Below, one piece after another: positions 1 through 14,100 of a stretch of 64,000 nt of DNA. A model generated the notes under the pieces. It did not search any database. It was given only the letters and a program-made list of their open reading frames with translations, and was not told where the DNA came from. This DNA is from Sminthopsis crassicaudata (taxonomy: Eukaryota). The DNA lies in contig NC_133620.1 in the NCBI RefSeq assembly GCF_048593235.1, forward strand, positions 169,696,852-169,760,851. The letters run 5' to 3'. Positions within the stretch are counted from its first letter, which is position 1, and every line of letters starts with the position of its first letter. A program made the translations under genes and the position numbers.

Positions 1-88
1 TATGATATCAAATATTTAATACTTTCTAGCTGTGTGAACCTGGACAAGTCACTTAACCCCAAGTGCCTCATCAAAACAAATAAATAAA
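1..88 (+). mobile_element. WSINE1-like marsupial SINE, 3' part
   Basis: ctagctgtgtgaacctggacaagtcacttaaccccaagtgcctca followed by an A-rich tail. Confidence 0.8.
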
Positions 89-2369
89 TGAATTTCTTTG
101 CTTTTGCTATGTGAAGCTGGTTTTGGATAGAAAATTGGTCAAATCTTAGATATAGTCCTTAAGGGTTCTCCTTCTGCCAGAAATGACAAAGTGATCAAAA
201 ATTTGAAGGAACCTGAACATATCCCCTAGACAAACAATATTTAAAAGAGCAGTTAAATACATATCTAGCTGGCTACCTGCTTCAATTTTAATCTCCTGCT
301 TCATTTTCTAGCAAAAGTCTCCCTTGGAGAAGAAGCTAGAAATATCTTTGAACCATACAAGGACAGGAGCCTGGCAAAATGTGGAGCTTCACTACATGGG
401 CGGGGCATCACTCACTTCTTTTTTTCACTACATGATATATTCAAGTTTGAGCTCTAAAGCCAACTTTTAGTCTCACTGTAATAAACTGCAATAAAGTTAA
501 TGGGGCATAAATCAGGAAATGAGGTAGAATCATAAAACCATAGAATTAGAAGAGACCTTAGGGATTTAATCCCCTCATGTCATAGAAGAAATGTAGCTCT
601 AAGAGAATGAGACTTGTCCAAGGTCATAGCTAGATAATATATTGCTACTCATAGGTGGGGTTTAATAAGCTTAAACTTAATAGAATTCACGGTGCTTGAG
701 AGAACCCAGACAAGGAGATGTGAAAGAAAGTGAAATTAAGATTCTCTCAGATCAGCAACACAATATTGGAAGACCAATGGCTATCCTCAAAGTCAGAACT
801 AATAACATTCAAAAGGAGGCTAATGAGTTCTGTTTAGGATTAAAGATGCAAAAATATTGGGGTTATTCATAGATTTATATCTAGAAGATATCCAAAGTAC
901 ACCAAGTTTGAAATATAAGGAAATAGGCCAGGGTAAGAGATCCAGGATGAAAAATCTAGGGTCCTTTTCTTTATGGAGTTAGTATGGTGCCAGTAATCAT
1001 TAAACTAGACATAAAATAATCTCCAACATTCTGTCTTATCTCTGGACATATTTATATTTTATGCCTGACTTATGTAATTGGCATTGCATACCAGTTTGTT
1101 CTGAAATCCCTCATCAAAATAATTTAAACTTAGCCTTCACTCCCTATATCAACAGTCAAGCCTACAGAGTGTCAGACAGTGAGGGAAGAGCAGGAACTTG
1201 AATCAGCTGCCTAGAATCTCAAGTCAAAGCATTCTTTGGTTTCTGCTTCTTGACTCCAGAATGGCTGAGTGAAGTCATCAATGAGAATGCCACAGAATGA
1301 CCAGACATGGAAGGATTTTATTTTGCATCATCTGAGAGAACTCTTCTCAAAAAATAAAGTCATAGCTCTATTTGAGTACTAAGTTATTTAAAGATGAGCC
1401 TGACCTAGTTATTTATAGCAGATCTAATATGAAATGAATGCTTCTCTTTCTAATTCAGTAGTTGAATGTCCATACCTATGTGAAAATAATAAAATGGCTT
1501 TTTTTCAAGAAAAAAACTCTATAAGGTTTTTCATTGATTCAGATCCACATTTCTGTGAACTAATAGTAATAGATTTATACTACTATCAATCAATAAACAT
1601 TTAATGCTCACTACTTGCCAGATACTATTAGGTACTACATATACAAATACAATGAGGTTCTTCTTACTGCCTATTTAAATAGTTGCTGCAATTATATAAC
1701 TTTTACAGATGAGGAAACTAAAATTAAGAAATATCTAAATCATCTAGCTATAAAGTAAAGAATCTGGAAAATCAGATATTCTGCCTCCATAAATATCCTT
1801 TGCAAGAAAATAAAAAAAAATAACTCCATAAATTTTTTATACATTAACACACTATTGTAATAGTTAGAAAGATGAAGTCAGTGTGACAGAATATTTCCTT
1901 TCTGCTATATATGCTTTTGCCAAAAATTCCCTAGATAACATAGGCCTGAAAAATGTCATTCTTCGGTCTTTCTTTCCTTTATTCCATAAATGCTAAGTAT
2001 AATCACTACTGCTTAGCACACCTGTTTTCTGGTTCATAAGGCACACAGCTGCAACAAATTTTGAAAAAAAAGAAAAGAAAAGAAAAGAAAAAGAAATCTT
2101 AATTCTCTGAGTTTAGAACTGGAAAGTTCTAATATAAACTCTATTCCTGGTATGGAATAGAGCAAAAAAGGCCTGTTTTGAAATGGGGGATGTTGATGAA
2201 GTAGTTCTTCTAGCAGGTCATTTACACATAGGTATAAAATATAGCCACCCAAATATGCTTTGGGATTTTAACTATACTCACTTTACTTCTAGCATAACTT
2301 TGTCTCTGTCCCTCTGTCTTTCTCTGACTCTGTCTGTCTATCTACTTCTCGATGTCATCAGACTTCTTA

Positions 2370-2575
2370 CCTGGAAAAAATCTCTGCCCTGAAGCTTGAT
2401 ATCATTAAAGGTGATTTCCTTTCTGGGAGTCATACCTGATTCCCAGCTTCTTTTTATGTATTGTCTTTTTCCATTATAATGTAAGCTCTTTCATCATAAG
2501 GGACTGCCTTAGTGGCCAGAATTTTTAATACTCAGTGCTTAGCAGAATTCAGCTTGCATATAATGGTAAGTAAAT
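2370..2575 (+). mobile_element. L2 3' end fragment
   Basis: Degenerate L2 terminus (tgtaagctct...gggactg...cagtgcttagca...taaat). Confidence 0.55.
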
Positions 2576-2677
2576 AATACTTCTCTCTTCCTTTCTCTCC
2601 TTTGACTAGGTCAAATTTCTGTACCTATTCCAGCCCCATTATTTTTAACCATGACAGTTATTCTATAAAAATCAGAC

Positions 2678-2880
2678 ATAATAATAGTAGCATTTATAGA
2701 ATGTTTTACAGTTTATGAAGTACTTTACAAATATGATTCCATTTTATCTTCACAACAAAGATAGGTTCAATTATTATCCCCATTTTACTCATGAGGATAT
2801 TGAGGTTGAGAGAAGCTAGTACATGTCTAAGGTCAGATTTGAACTCAGGAAGATCAGTCTGCCTGAATCCATGCCAGAAT
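2678..2880 (-). mobile_element. MIR (CORE-SINE)
   Basis: attattatccccattttactcatgagga...aaggtcagatttgaactcagg, the reverse-complement CORE. Confidence 0.75.
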
Positions 2881-5800
2881 TTCAACCTTAGACAGAAGTA
2901 GTGGTCTTAAGAATATTTAAAGGTTCCATTCTTTTTAATATCATTTCACTTTGACATTTTAATTGATGGATCATTTTATCAGAATGAAAACTCCTGATGT
3001 TGCAGATTATATTCATGACTTCCTATTGTACCTATTTCTTGTTTGTGTCTATCAAGGAGTCATTCAAAATATTGGAGACCTTTACCTGGTTCTGTTAATT
3101 TTCTAGGGTACTAACATATTAATTGCTTTGAATTCTGAATATTTTATCAGACTATATGTCCAATAACATCTTTTCAAATGCAAGTATTCATCAATGATAG
3201 CATAGTTGCAACCTTCTTCACTACACCACATATGTCTCTCCTATTGTCTAATGCTTCATTATCTTTCTGATTTTTTAAGGATCTGATGTTCTATGATTAT
3301 CAGTAATATACAACAGCATCATTACAGAAATAGGGGGTGTAAATAAAAAAAATTTCATAGTATAAAACACTACACAATTTCCCAAATATAATTCAGCCCA
3401 ATTTATTTTTCTTGCTCAATTCTTGGCCCAGTCTATCTTTATATGCAGAGTAATATTATACATATATATGTGCATTCAGATATAACTTGAAGCATTTCAT
3501 ACATAGTTTGTGCAATACTTATATTTTAATCTACTTTGTTTTTTCTCTAATGGTAGAACAAATTCATATTTCACATTCATATATCATAGTATATATTACT
3601 AGGAAGTATGACAGAGTTCAATAAAATCAATACAATATTTGTGGAAAATGGGAGAATTATTTTAGTTTTATGATTCTGTATTCTGTGTAAGACATACTTT
3701 GTGACACCAAAAAAATATTCAGTGAGTATATTCTCTTATGTTGCACTTTGCTTCTTTTTATTATTCATTAGATTAGAGAACAAAGTCATCTCCACGGTAT
3801 CATTTGTCAAAATAGTGTATTTTAACATATGTAAGGAAAATATCTTGCGTCAACATAAATTTCAGTGCCCAATGGATTAAAAAAAATCAATAGACATGGT
3901 GCCAATTTTGTGTTCTCTGTAAAGAACTTGAAAACTTAAACTTAACATCTCAAGAACATTTACTGATGAGATAGGGAGGACAAAGAGCACTGAAATGGAA
4001 CAGATCTATTGATGTTTCTATAAAAACTTATTTATATCAGTGCCTCCAGAGGTATCTACCACATTTGCACTCTTCCACCAGAATGCTCACTGTACTGCTT
4101 GAGGAAGTGGTTATGACATGAAAATCTAAGAATTCAGATAGGATATTGAAATCGTACAAGTATATACATATTCAAGTTAACAAATATATGGTCTAGCTAC
4201 TAGGAATATGGTGATAGATAAAAGTAAATTTTATTTTCTAAAACACTGTAACATGGTGGAAGGAGCAAGAATTAACATTAATTTAATAGATGTGCTACCA
4301 ATCTACCAATTTGGTATCTACAATATTGGTTTTAATAACTCTATAACTTCTCATTCTATATAATTTATATTCAAATCTTTCCATAAATATTGCTCCAAGG
4401 ATCCACCCAATACATTGGAAGTCTCCCTATACATTTTTAAAATTTTGTAAGTACTTCTGAAACCCTCATACTGCAAAAGTATTATTCATCATTCCTATTG
4501 TAAGACCAGATTATCTCCTTTTCTAGCCGTAAATGTCTTTAACAATGATTTAATTTCTCATGTATTAGTTACAAATTATTATGCCTACCATGTACTTTTC
4601 CATTGTTTTAGTCACCTAAAATTAGTTTCTTTTTGACTATCCAGAAGCTTCAGAAAAAAGAATCAATCTTAACTCCCTTTATGATTTATAGAAACTTTTT
4701 AGGAATTCTCACAAATAGTGGGACTTAAACTTTAATCTTGTTTAAAAATATGAATCATTCTAAATTATTCCCATTTACCTTCCTTCCTCTGATTTTTTCT
4801 TGTTTGCTCAAAAACTCATCCATAATTATGATATACTGATGATCTAGCAATAGATGCAGGTTATATGGGAAAACAGGCTATATGGGACTAAATAGGTACT
4901 GAAGCCAGTAATGATCTAGACATTTGCCTTCTTGAAAAAGTTCCTAATATTAGCTTACTGGTTGGAAAAAGGCTATTTTTTATTATTATAAAAATAAAAT
5001 GATTTATGTTGAATTATATGACTTGTAGAATATATCTGCCTTTCTATAAAAATAATTAATGATAGATTGCAAACTTCTTGAGGGCAAGGATTATCTCATT
5101 TTGAAATCTGTATCTATTCATAAATGCTTGTTGATTAAAAAATATTCTTGGAAATGAACCAAATGAAATCATAATTCTCTAGTTTTTCATGATCTTTTCT
5201 ATCATCTTTAATATTGCTTATCAGTCCTTTAATTTTGTGTATATCTAGTAAAATATAGGCATCATCTTGTCAGGTTGTAACACTGCTTTTACATCAATTG
5301 TCACAAGTCTTCTACTAACGTATAAAGAAAGGCTGATTTTCTCAGGATTGTTGGGAGGATCAAATGAGATAGCATATAAATTATTTTATGAATCTGAAAG
5401 TGCTATAGAAATGTTAACTATTAGCTACAATTATTATGTCCTTTAACCATTCAATAATTGGTGCAAAAGTAGTTTGTGGAATAATTACTCCAAATTTACA
5501 GATTTTCCAATCACCAAACATTTGATTTTATGGGACCTTCAAGCATTAACTAGTGTATGGAAAATAAATCTAACCTAATTTTGCTTAAATCTAAGGGAAG
5601 ATTATCTGGCACCAGTCATGGTAGAAGGCTGTGGGTACCATGGCAGGAGGAGGGAAAGAGATACTAGCTTCAAAAATATGCTGTGCATTTTAATTACTTT
5701 TCAAAAAAATAATTGTGCCCTGAATAAAAAACTAAGAATTATATAATTAAGATTTCAGATTAATAAAGCAGAGGAAATCAAATTTTACTTTAGACAAACT

Positions 5801-5892
5801 GAAAATAGAAATAGTTTTATGTCTTCAAAAACCACAAAGTATGTCATGACTTCTTTCAGTTCAATTCAATATTACAAACATTTATAAAGACT

Positions 5893-6024
5893 NNNNNNNN
5901 NNNNNNNNNNNNNNNNNNNNNNNNNNNNNNNNNNNNNNNNNNNNNNNNNNNNNNNNNNNNNNNNNNNNNNNNNNNNNNNNNNNNNNNNNNNNNNNNNNNN
6001 NNNNNNNNNNNNNNNNNNNNNNNN
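5893..6024. other. Assembly gap (132 N)
   Basis: Run of N in the sequence. Confidence 1.
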
Positions 6025-6073
6025 AAATAACTTGGCCTATGACTAAAATACAGAAAAGTCTAGAGTTACATAC

Positions 6074-6191
6074 CTTCACATTCAGTCTTGGTAAGAAAAG
6101 TCCCTGCTTTCCAAGGTTTTTGATGAAATCCTGGACAACACTGATCACAGCTATCACCACAGGTATTGTGCTCACATTCACAACGAGATTT
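6074..6191 (-). CDS. LAMA2: Laminin alpha-2 coding exon (exon 7 equivalent), LE1 EGF-like repeat; 118 nt, phase 0-1
   Basis: Translates to KSRCECEHNTCGDSCDQCCPGFHQKPWKAGTFLTKTECE plus 1 nt. Acceptor ctcttccctttctttttgattag, donor AAG|gtatgt. Confidence 0.98.
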
Positions 6192-7447
6192 CTAATCAAA
6201 AAGAAAGGGAAGAGTATATAATGTTTATTATTTGCTTGGGACAAGATAAACTATTGCGAAACAAGGGTAATAAGGAATAGACCCAATCTAACACTGAGTT
6301 GAAGAATTTTATTCCATTCCAGGACAGGTTTGGAACTTTTCATAGATAGGGATGTTTTGAGTTATTAAGAACATTTTATGGTCTGGCAATAAAAGGGAAA
6401 AAACATAGGAATCCGAGGCAGTATAAGTTGAACTTTTTACATAGTTCATGAGTGGATCACAAATTTAGCAGCCTCAAGAAGTTATCCATTTGTCTGAGGG
6501 ATCTTAGAACTCTGAATATTAATCTCAGAATGAATCTCCAGATAACTACAGGCATGTTCAGGGTTCAACAGTCTGGGTCTGGGAAATCCTCATTGGTCAC
6601 TGGTACACTAATGTCTTTCAGAAAATATAACTGTATATAGACTGTCATTATAGGAGGTGATTGGCTATTTGAGAATCCTTTTGTCTCATTTTAATCCAAA
6701 AAAAGGATCCCAAATCCATTATCTATGTCATAGTTTCATTATCAAAACAATTTTTCATATCCTCAGTTCTGGTAATATTAAAATATTCAGTGCATCTAAC
6801 ACTGGATAGTCAGTAGTCATTTCTTATATATTTGAAAACAGAGTGATTTGTAGAATGGCATATGACAGGAAAGGAAAATCATATCCACTTTCTTTTCTGG
6901 ATTATTAAGCTGACATTCAAATGGACTCTCTACCTCAAATTACCAATATGTTGGAACATGACTCTAGGAAGTTTCCCTTAGTTATTGATCATCTCACCTT
7001 CATCACCATGCGGCACTTTCAGCATTCCATTCCATGACTGCTATTTATTTACTAGATAACCATCATTACCAACTTTTTTCATTTGTTTGCTTAAGAACAA
7101 TCTTGATTAATATTGTAAAAGAAGTGGACAGGCTGATTGATGGGAGGCATTCTCTGAAGTTAAATCATGTAGCTTGCTGTCATAGCTAGAGAATTTTCAC
7201 AACAAATGGACTAGTGTGAAGCTTTTTGGGGAAAAAAATAATCTGTTTGCTGATACTGTGGTGGCAGACTTCAAAGTCCATCATTCTGACTGCCAGTATT
7301 ATTTCACCCTGGCACTGCTTTCAGTTACACCATCTAAGTGAGGACCTGACATCAATTCACAGACCATGCTGTCAGCAAAGCATTCTCATGCAACATTTTA
7401 CAGTTTCAGGACTGCATTTTGCCAAATAGTCCTATAAATATACATAC

Positions 7448-7537
7448 ATTTGTTGATGGATCAAGTGGACAAGCCCTGGCATGACCATAGCAGATGCACA
7501 TCCCTCCGACAGAAATATCCTTGACTGAATAGTAATA
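7448..7537 (-). CDS. LAMA2: Laminin alpha-2 coding exon (exon 6 equivalent), LN/LE1 boundary; 90 nt, phase 0-0
   Basis: Translates to [30 protein letters not shown], in frame after the previous exon. Acceptor ttcttgttttccttcatgcag, donor AAT|gtatgt. Confidence 0.98.
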
Positions 7538-8913
7538 CTGCATGAAGGAAAACAAGAAATCTAGTTACAAAAGATTGCAAATTTGAAGAAACAAAAGTAA
7601 ATACTTTTCTTCAAAATTTTTGCTCATTTCACTGAACTAGAAACATGTATTCTCCCCTCCCAGGACAGACCAAGGACCCTTATGATAGAAAAAATGGTTC
7701 TTTGACATAAAATAGAACCTAAAGAAAAATTACATATACTTCACTTAAGTAAATATCACACAATACTAAATCTATATAGCAGTAGATGCAATTGAAGTGG
7801 TTATTATTTAAAGACCATGGTCTAAATGTAAGCTCCCTATTTTACTAGTTAAGAAAAGTAATCTAAATGGAGCACCCAGGTAGAAAGATATCATTATTAA
7901 ATTAACAAAATCAGATAACTTGCTAGCTATATCTTGGACTCAGAAACTAATGTTAGATAACTAGCATATCTTTGTGATAGTACATGCTGACAAAGTATTT
8001 ATGATATTGAAAAAAAATTTTTTCTTTGAAGAAAGAAACCACTATTTCAGACTAAGTGCCTAGCATATTTGTTTGTGTATAATATTCCTAAAAATATTTG
8101 TTACATTTAAATATTTATTTATATTTAATAATGTTATTTTTGAGATGGATTTTAAATTATTATTGATATAATTTGCTTTTATAATAACAGGAATATTCAT
8201 ATCACTTCTACTTTAAGATATCTCATAACAAAATAAAACAATTAAACAAACCTTATAATACAATGATTTCATCTGAAAATGCATGCCACATTCCACATAT
8301 GTAACACCTTACCTATTTTTTAATCCATTTTTCTCCCTTTCACTATTTGCTATTTATTTTTATAATAATAATGTTATAATAAAATTGTTTTTCCCTGGTT
8401 TTCTTGATTGTTTTTTTTAATCTCTTTTAGTCTTAGTGAATCTAAGTCAAAAGCAGACTTTTAATTATTTGATGGGAATTCACCAAGTGAGCTACCACCA
8501 ACAGTGAATTCTTTCTCTGATCACAGTGAAAGGAAACTAGTTATAAACTTAAGTTTTGTTCTGAATAGCATAGTCAACAAGATTTGTTTCTCTCAGTAGG
8601 CTAGAGGAAAAATTAAAAGGAAGATTTCTTGTTTTCTTTTCTTATCTTTAATTATTGGTGCTATTATGCTTCTATCTGAAGTTAACTACAGGCTGAGTTC
8701 ATAGTTATCTTGCAGTCTTCCAGAACTCCAATTTATTAGCAAAAAATTATTTTTGGCAATCAAAAATATAATTACATAAAAGATTCATTGAACTAAACAT
8801 GTTGTCTCATACATAACAGACAAGGAATAATTATTTAGTGATTTGAAATGAATCATAGCTTACACATCTATGGTCCTCTTCACTCTTGAAAGCATTTCCA
8901 AAACTATTCTTAT

Positions 8914-9455
8914 CAGGACCCGCATGTGCAAAAATGTTTGTAGCAGCCCTTTTTGTAGTGGCAAGCAACTGAAAACTGATGGTTATGTAAAGTTATGGTA
9001 TATGAATGTAGTGTAATATTGTTTTTCTATAAGAAATGATTAGCAGGATGATTTCAGAGGGGTCTGGAAAGACTTACATGAATTGATGCTAACTGAAGTG
9101 AGTAGAACCAAGAGAACCATTATACACAGCAAAGGGGACTGAATGTGGATCACAACTTAGTATTTTCAGGTTTTTTTTTGGTTGTTGTTTTCTTGCTTGT
9201 TTTTATTTCCTCATGTTTTTTTTCCTTTTTGACTTAATTTTTCTTGGGTAACATGATATGTGTAGAAATATGTTTAGAAGAATTGCCCAGTTAGCCTTTG
9301 TTGGATTGCTTAATGTATAGGTGAATGGAGTGGTGGAGAGGAAGAGAGAAAAATTTGGAATATTGGGTTTTGCAGGGATGAATGCTGAGAACTGCCTTTG
9401 CATATATTTAGAAAAATAAAAAGCAATTATTTATTAAAAAAAAAAAACAAAAAAC
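8914..9455 (+). mobile_element. L1 3' fragment (ORF2 C-terminus, 3' UTR, poly(A)), older
   Basis: gcaaaaatgtttgtagcagccctttttgtagtggc (KMFVAALFVVA) through to an A tail at about 9436-9455. No clear TSD. Confidence 0.85.
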
Positions 9456-11379
9456 AAGATACTCACACACAGAAAACTTGGACTATGGGGTATATCAGGA
9501 GGTTTCCATACCTATAAAAGTTGGTGACTTTCCAAGGTTCCAGCATTAACTAAGTTGGTATGGTCATGGTACATATAGTTTAGAAAGCCTATGTCTCAAA
9601 TTTGTGATAGACTTTATGAGATGACAAACCATTTTATAGAGGCAGAGATGTCTGTAAAATGTTTCATCTTTGAGACATAAAGAATTGAAACTCAGTATCC
9701 CTTTATTGGGCATTTATATTTACATTATATCACACATACTTATACACACCTACAAATGTGTGTATACACACACATGATATATAGTACATATGTGTGTTTC
9801 CAAATATATGTATACATATAGAATAGTAAGAGAGACATTATACAAAATATATTTTAAAGCTTCTGTATTTTCTTTTCTTTTGTTGATGCTGTCCTAAAAA
9901 GATAATGCATGGCTCCATTGAGGATAGAGAGTAAGAGCTGCAATTGATTTTCATTGATTTTTTTTTCCTTCACAGATATACTGTCAGAAAATATTTAGTT
10001 TTATTTTTAATATTATTCAGTCTTCCTCAGTGTTTGCTTTTTAAAAAAAAATCCCCAAATTAGAATGAGAAATGATTGCTCTCAAACAAACAATCAATAG
10101 TATCATCATGAAGTAATGATTCCTTTCTATTTGAAAGGACACTGTAAAACAAATTCACCACCATGCTAAAAAAGTCACATGAATTCAGTTAAGATTCCAA
10201 ATTACAATATTCTAACAGTTGAAAATGTGTGTAATTATCAGTGAAGATCATAAACCAAATGTATTTCAAAGTGATTAGGAAAGTGAAGGGTGCGTTACTT
10301 ACATAGATTTAGATGTGAACTCTAGCTTTTTCTTCCAAGGATATTTTGACCTTGGGCTAACTACTTAATTTTTTATTTCTCACTTGGCACATTTAATTCA
10401 ATTGAATTCAGCATTAAGTTTTTATTATACATAAGATGTTATATTGGGCTTTGCTACTATAAAGACAAAAATAGGAAAACATCTTTGAAATGAAGAGATT
10501 CAACAGTCCTTTAGAACCTGACCATTCTAACTCCTATGGACTTGAAAAGCATTTTTCTATTCAATCCAATTCAATGAAACAAGAGCAAAGAACATGGGGA
10601 AATGAAGGCAGTGAAAAACAGAATCCTGGTGACTACTAATCATTCTACATTCTGGTCTTGAGAAAGAATTTGTCCAGGTTTCTCTCTTTGCTAGTCTGAC
10701 CTTGGCTACACCATTCTACATCTAACTTTTTGTCCCAGGAATCTTACAAGGTTTTTCTCTCCTACAAAGCTAAAGAAGCAAGTAATTACTTTAATATTGT
10801 TTTTCCCTCCCAAAATCCCTATGATCTTTCCCATATAATGTATTTTAGCACTATTGAAATACATTTAACTGTTAATAGTGCAGATATGATCAGTAGTGCA
10901 TTGTGTGATTTTCTTTTCACCTGAAACTTCACATTTGAAAACGGCAATTGAGCTTCTTCATAATAATATGTCTGCTGTGTTCATATTATGTAAGGAAGGT
11001 TAAGTGAATCAGGGAATAACATGGGGGTGGCAGGAGGATGAAACATAGTAACAATTGACATCCACTGTCTACTGCTCATTTATTTCCTAATGCCAAAAAT
11101 ATTCACCCTTAGGAGGCTGCACATTGGTTTCTTGGACTTCAAGAATTGTTGGGAAGCCAATATAAATATCTTATATTTCTTGGGAAGAAAAGTAAAACAA
11201 CTTATGAAGTGAGTGAGTTTATATCCCATTGACTACATGTCACCCAGCAATAGCTTTTTATACTGGTGAAAGGCATAGAATAGATGTAGGAAAGGAAGGA
11301 GAAGTCATTCATCATGCCCAAGCTGATAAGGAACAAAAGACATAGGTCTTCTGTATAGTACAAATGCACTATAACTTAC

Positions 11380-11559
11380 CCTTCTTGTAACAATGGGGTC
11401 GATTTCCCTGGGGTCTTTGTGAGCAAACATCATCAAATCTGCATTGAGTGTTCGGATTCTCTGAAATCTCAGGCGGATATAGCGGGCAGAGGTGAATTCT
11501 AGAAGTTCTGGGGAAGGATCATCGGCACTGGGTCTTCCATTGATTAGAGATATGTGGAT
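11380..11559 (-). CDS. LAMA2: Laminin alpha-2 coding exon (human exon 5 equivalent), LN domain; 180 nt, phase 0-0
   Basis: Minus strand translates to IHISLINGRPSADDPSPELLEFTSARYIRLRFQRIRTLNADLMMFAHKDPREIDPIVTRR, which I recognise as laminin alpha-2 LN. Acceptor ...ttttctatactatttag, donor AGG|gtaagt, branch-like CTGACTAAT at 11583-11591. Confidence 0.98.
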
Positions 11560-13169
11560 CTAAATAGTATAGAAAATACAAAATTAGTCAGTTTGTTTGT
11601 ATATGGAAAGGGATGCCAATGATGACTGAGGTGTATAGAAATAACTATATAAGATATCCTAAAAGTCAGTTCAATTTAAAGCTATAAAAATGACATCAAC
11701 ATCAAGACTTTTGGTCTTACATACACACTTAAGCAAATACATTAATAAATGCTTGTCTGTCTGTCTCTCTCTCTCCACATATACATATATGTATATAATG
11801 TATTTGTATGTGTGTGTTTGTATATACACACACATATAAAAACACAAATAGATATCTCTAGAGATAGAATATCAAAGGTCATTAATCCAAACTCTTCTTT
11901 TATATGGGACTGTATGTATATTTATTCTATATCCACATTATCTACTACATCCATTAGGATATTTCTATCTCTCTTAGTTGAGATATCTATCTATTTGTGT
12001 ATCTATCTACAAAAATTTATTAATCTCTTGTTGTGTGACCACCACTTTACTATGTTTTGGTAATTTAAAGAAAAAGTCAAAGCATTCATTGACTTCAAGG
12101 AGTTTACATTCTAATGAATATAACAGATATGAATTATATATGTGCACATATTTAAGATAAGGAAGTTATTCAAAATAGCCTCTGGTATTCCTTACAGCTC
12201 TAGGTTTATAATCATAGCTTCCTATATACACACATCCACAGATTTATTAATAATGTTAAGTAGTTTGTTTCATACTGATAATATAGTTGACATACCATAT
12301 ACAGGTTTATAATAAAAATAGCAAAAAAAAAAAGAAACTCATAAAATTCTAGTAGGTAAAATAAAAAAATAAAGCTGGATGAGAAATAAAATTCTGAATT
12401 ATACTCAATACTATTGATTGAAAATATAAGAAAACATTCATTCACTGAGATTATAATCTTTTCTAACCTGAGGTAGACACTATTTTACATTTGCTTTTTC
12501 TACAAACCAACACACCCACTCCCCCCTCCCAAAAAATGTCAATTTTACTTAGAATTTCATCTTTGGACAGAGTCTTCTCTTCCAGAAGTTTAATATAATT
12601 TTCACAAAAATATTAAACATTATTTGCCTATTAAAATATTATTCTTCCTTTAATTACATATTTGTGAGGCTATGTTTTTAATAAACTTCAAGCAAAATAA
12701 TATATCAAATTGCATACTAAAGCAAATATGAGAATCTAGATGCCTTCAATTAAGTTCACCCTTACAACATTAGTAAACATAGGTAAAATAATGATATTTT
12801 TTTCTATTTTTTGTTTTGAAAAGTATAGTTTTTCAATAATATATAATGTTAATACATAGTAGGCATATTATTTTTCAATGAATAAGTATTTTTTAAAATC
12901 ATGTTTTAATTTTACTGTGGTGAATTTTGACAATTACAATATTCAACAAAACTATTTGAGATCTTCAATAAGTTTTAAGAGTGTAAAGTGGTCCTAAAGT
13001 CAAAAAGAACAGCTGCCTTGGAAAATTTCACCCTATCAATTTGGAGGACTTTTTGATATGCTCTGAGCCACCACACAGTCCTCTGAACAAATGACCTCCA
13101 AAGAATGTATTCTCTTACTCTGATGCTTTACTGAAATCTTTCCCTTTGTGTATTTGGAGAGCAAACAGG

Positions 13170-14100
13170 AGGGAATAAAATAAAGCCTATAAGCCTGAAA
13201 TTGTCAGGGAAGGCAGGTGTATTCATAATTATGGATTCTAGTATCCAAGGGATGAAGCAGTGGCCAACAGGGATGTAGTAAGGTGAGATTATAAAGCATG
13301 ATGTTTAAAGGGATTGGTGCTTGGGGTCAAGAAGACCAAAAGCCAGGTAGTGAATTTAATGGATACTGAATTTATTGAAGAGGAAAGAGACTACCCCAGA
13401 GGTCCACAAATGACAAGAACAAAGATTTAGGAAGAATCAAATGAACTTTAAAGGGGAAGCAGTGGTTTCTGGGTAATTGAGAGAGGATGTTCTGTAAATG
13501 AGAATGGAGGGCAAGGAGTCCTCCTCTAGGTGGTATAAGGGAAGGATGGACCAGTTTTGGACAAACTTCTCTCAATTAGGTTGTTTTTCCAATGGTTTTA
13601 CTGCCTCTAGTCACTTTCCCCCAAAACCATTCTCCCTTTTTAGCTACTAGAATCTTGTTTCTAAAGCACAGGAACCATAGTACTTCCCTGATCAATAAAC
13701 ATCAATGACTTCTTATTACCTTTAGGATCAAATAAAAATTCCTCTTTTTGATATTTTAAGTTCTTTAACTTGCCTTCAACCTGTCTCTCCAGATTTATTA
13801 GATATCACACCCTTTTAGCATCTATAGACTGTTCCTCCCACAAGACATTCTACTTCCTATATCTGTACCTTTCCACACATGGGTCTCATGACTAAAATCC
13901 AATTCCACCTCATAGAGGCAGCTTTATCTGATTCTATTGTTTTTCCTTCAATCCTAAATTAATAACATAGTATATAACTCAATAGTATATAAGCTTCTAG
14001 ATGGAAGGGGATATTTCATCTTTGCATTACATTGCCAAATATGATAGATACAATAACTGACACATAATAGGTACTTAATAAATGCTTATTGATTGGTAAA
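13170..14100. mobile_element. Degraded L2 fragments (minus ~13170-13600, plus ~13640-14100)
   Basis: L2 3' terminus cacataataggtacttaataaatgcttattgattg at about 14060-14095, with a purine-rich L2-like body upstream. Confidence 0.55.

Larger units (their letters stand above)
1..6073 (-). other. LAMA2: LAMA2 intron 7 (partial)
   Basis: Lies downstream of the exon-7 donor. I found no exon-8 sequence (ACNCHGKAEECYYD...) by eye. Confidence 0.8.

Noticed and set aside
1200-1290. Minus-strand TGATGA...CTGA spacing resembling a C/D snoRNA
   Set aside because: The C box is not RUGAUGA, there is no terminal stem, and I see no recognisable guide sequence.
5882-6244. 120-aa minus-strand ORF
   Set aside because: It overlaps exon 7 in the wrong frame and is extended only by the N gap.
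7100-7440. Repeat-free stretch next to the exon-6 donor, possibly conserved
   Set aside because: I could not identify any specific motif cluster or structure, and conservation cannot be judged without an alignment.
7561-7562. Upstream AG 23 nt before the exon-6 acceptor (possible cryptic 3' splice site)
   Set aside because: It lies only 3-4 nt after the likely branch A (gtaAc), too close to be used.
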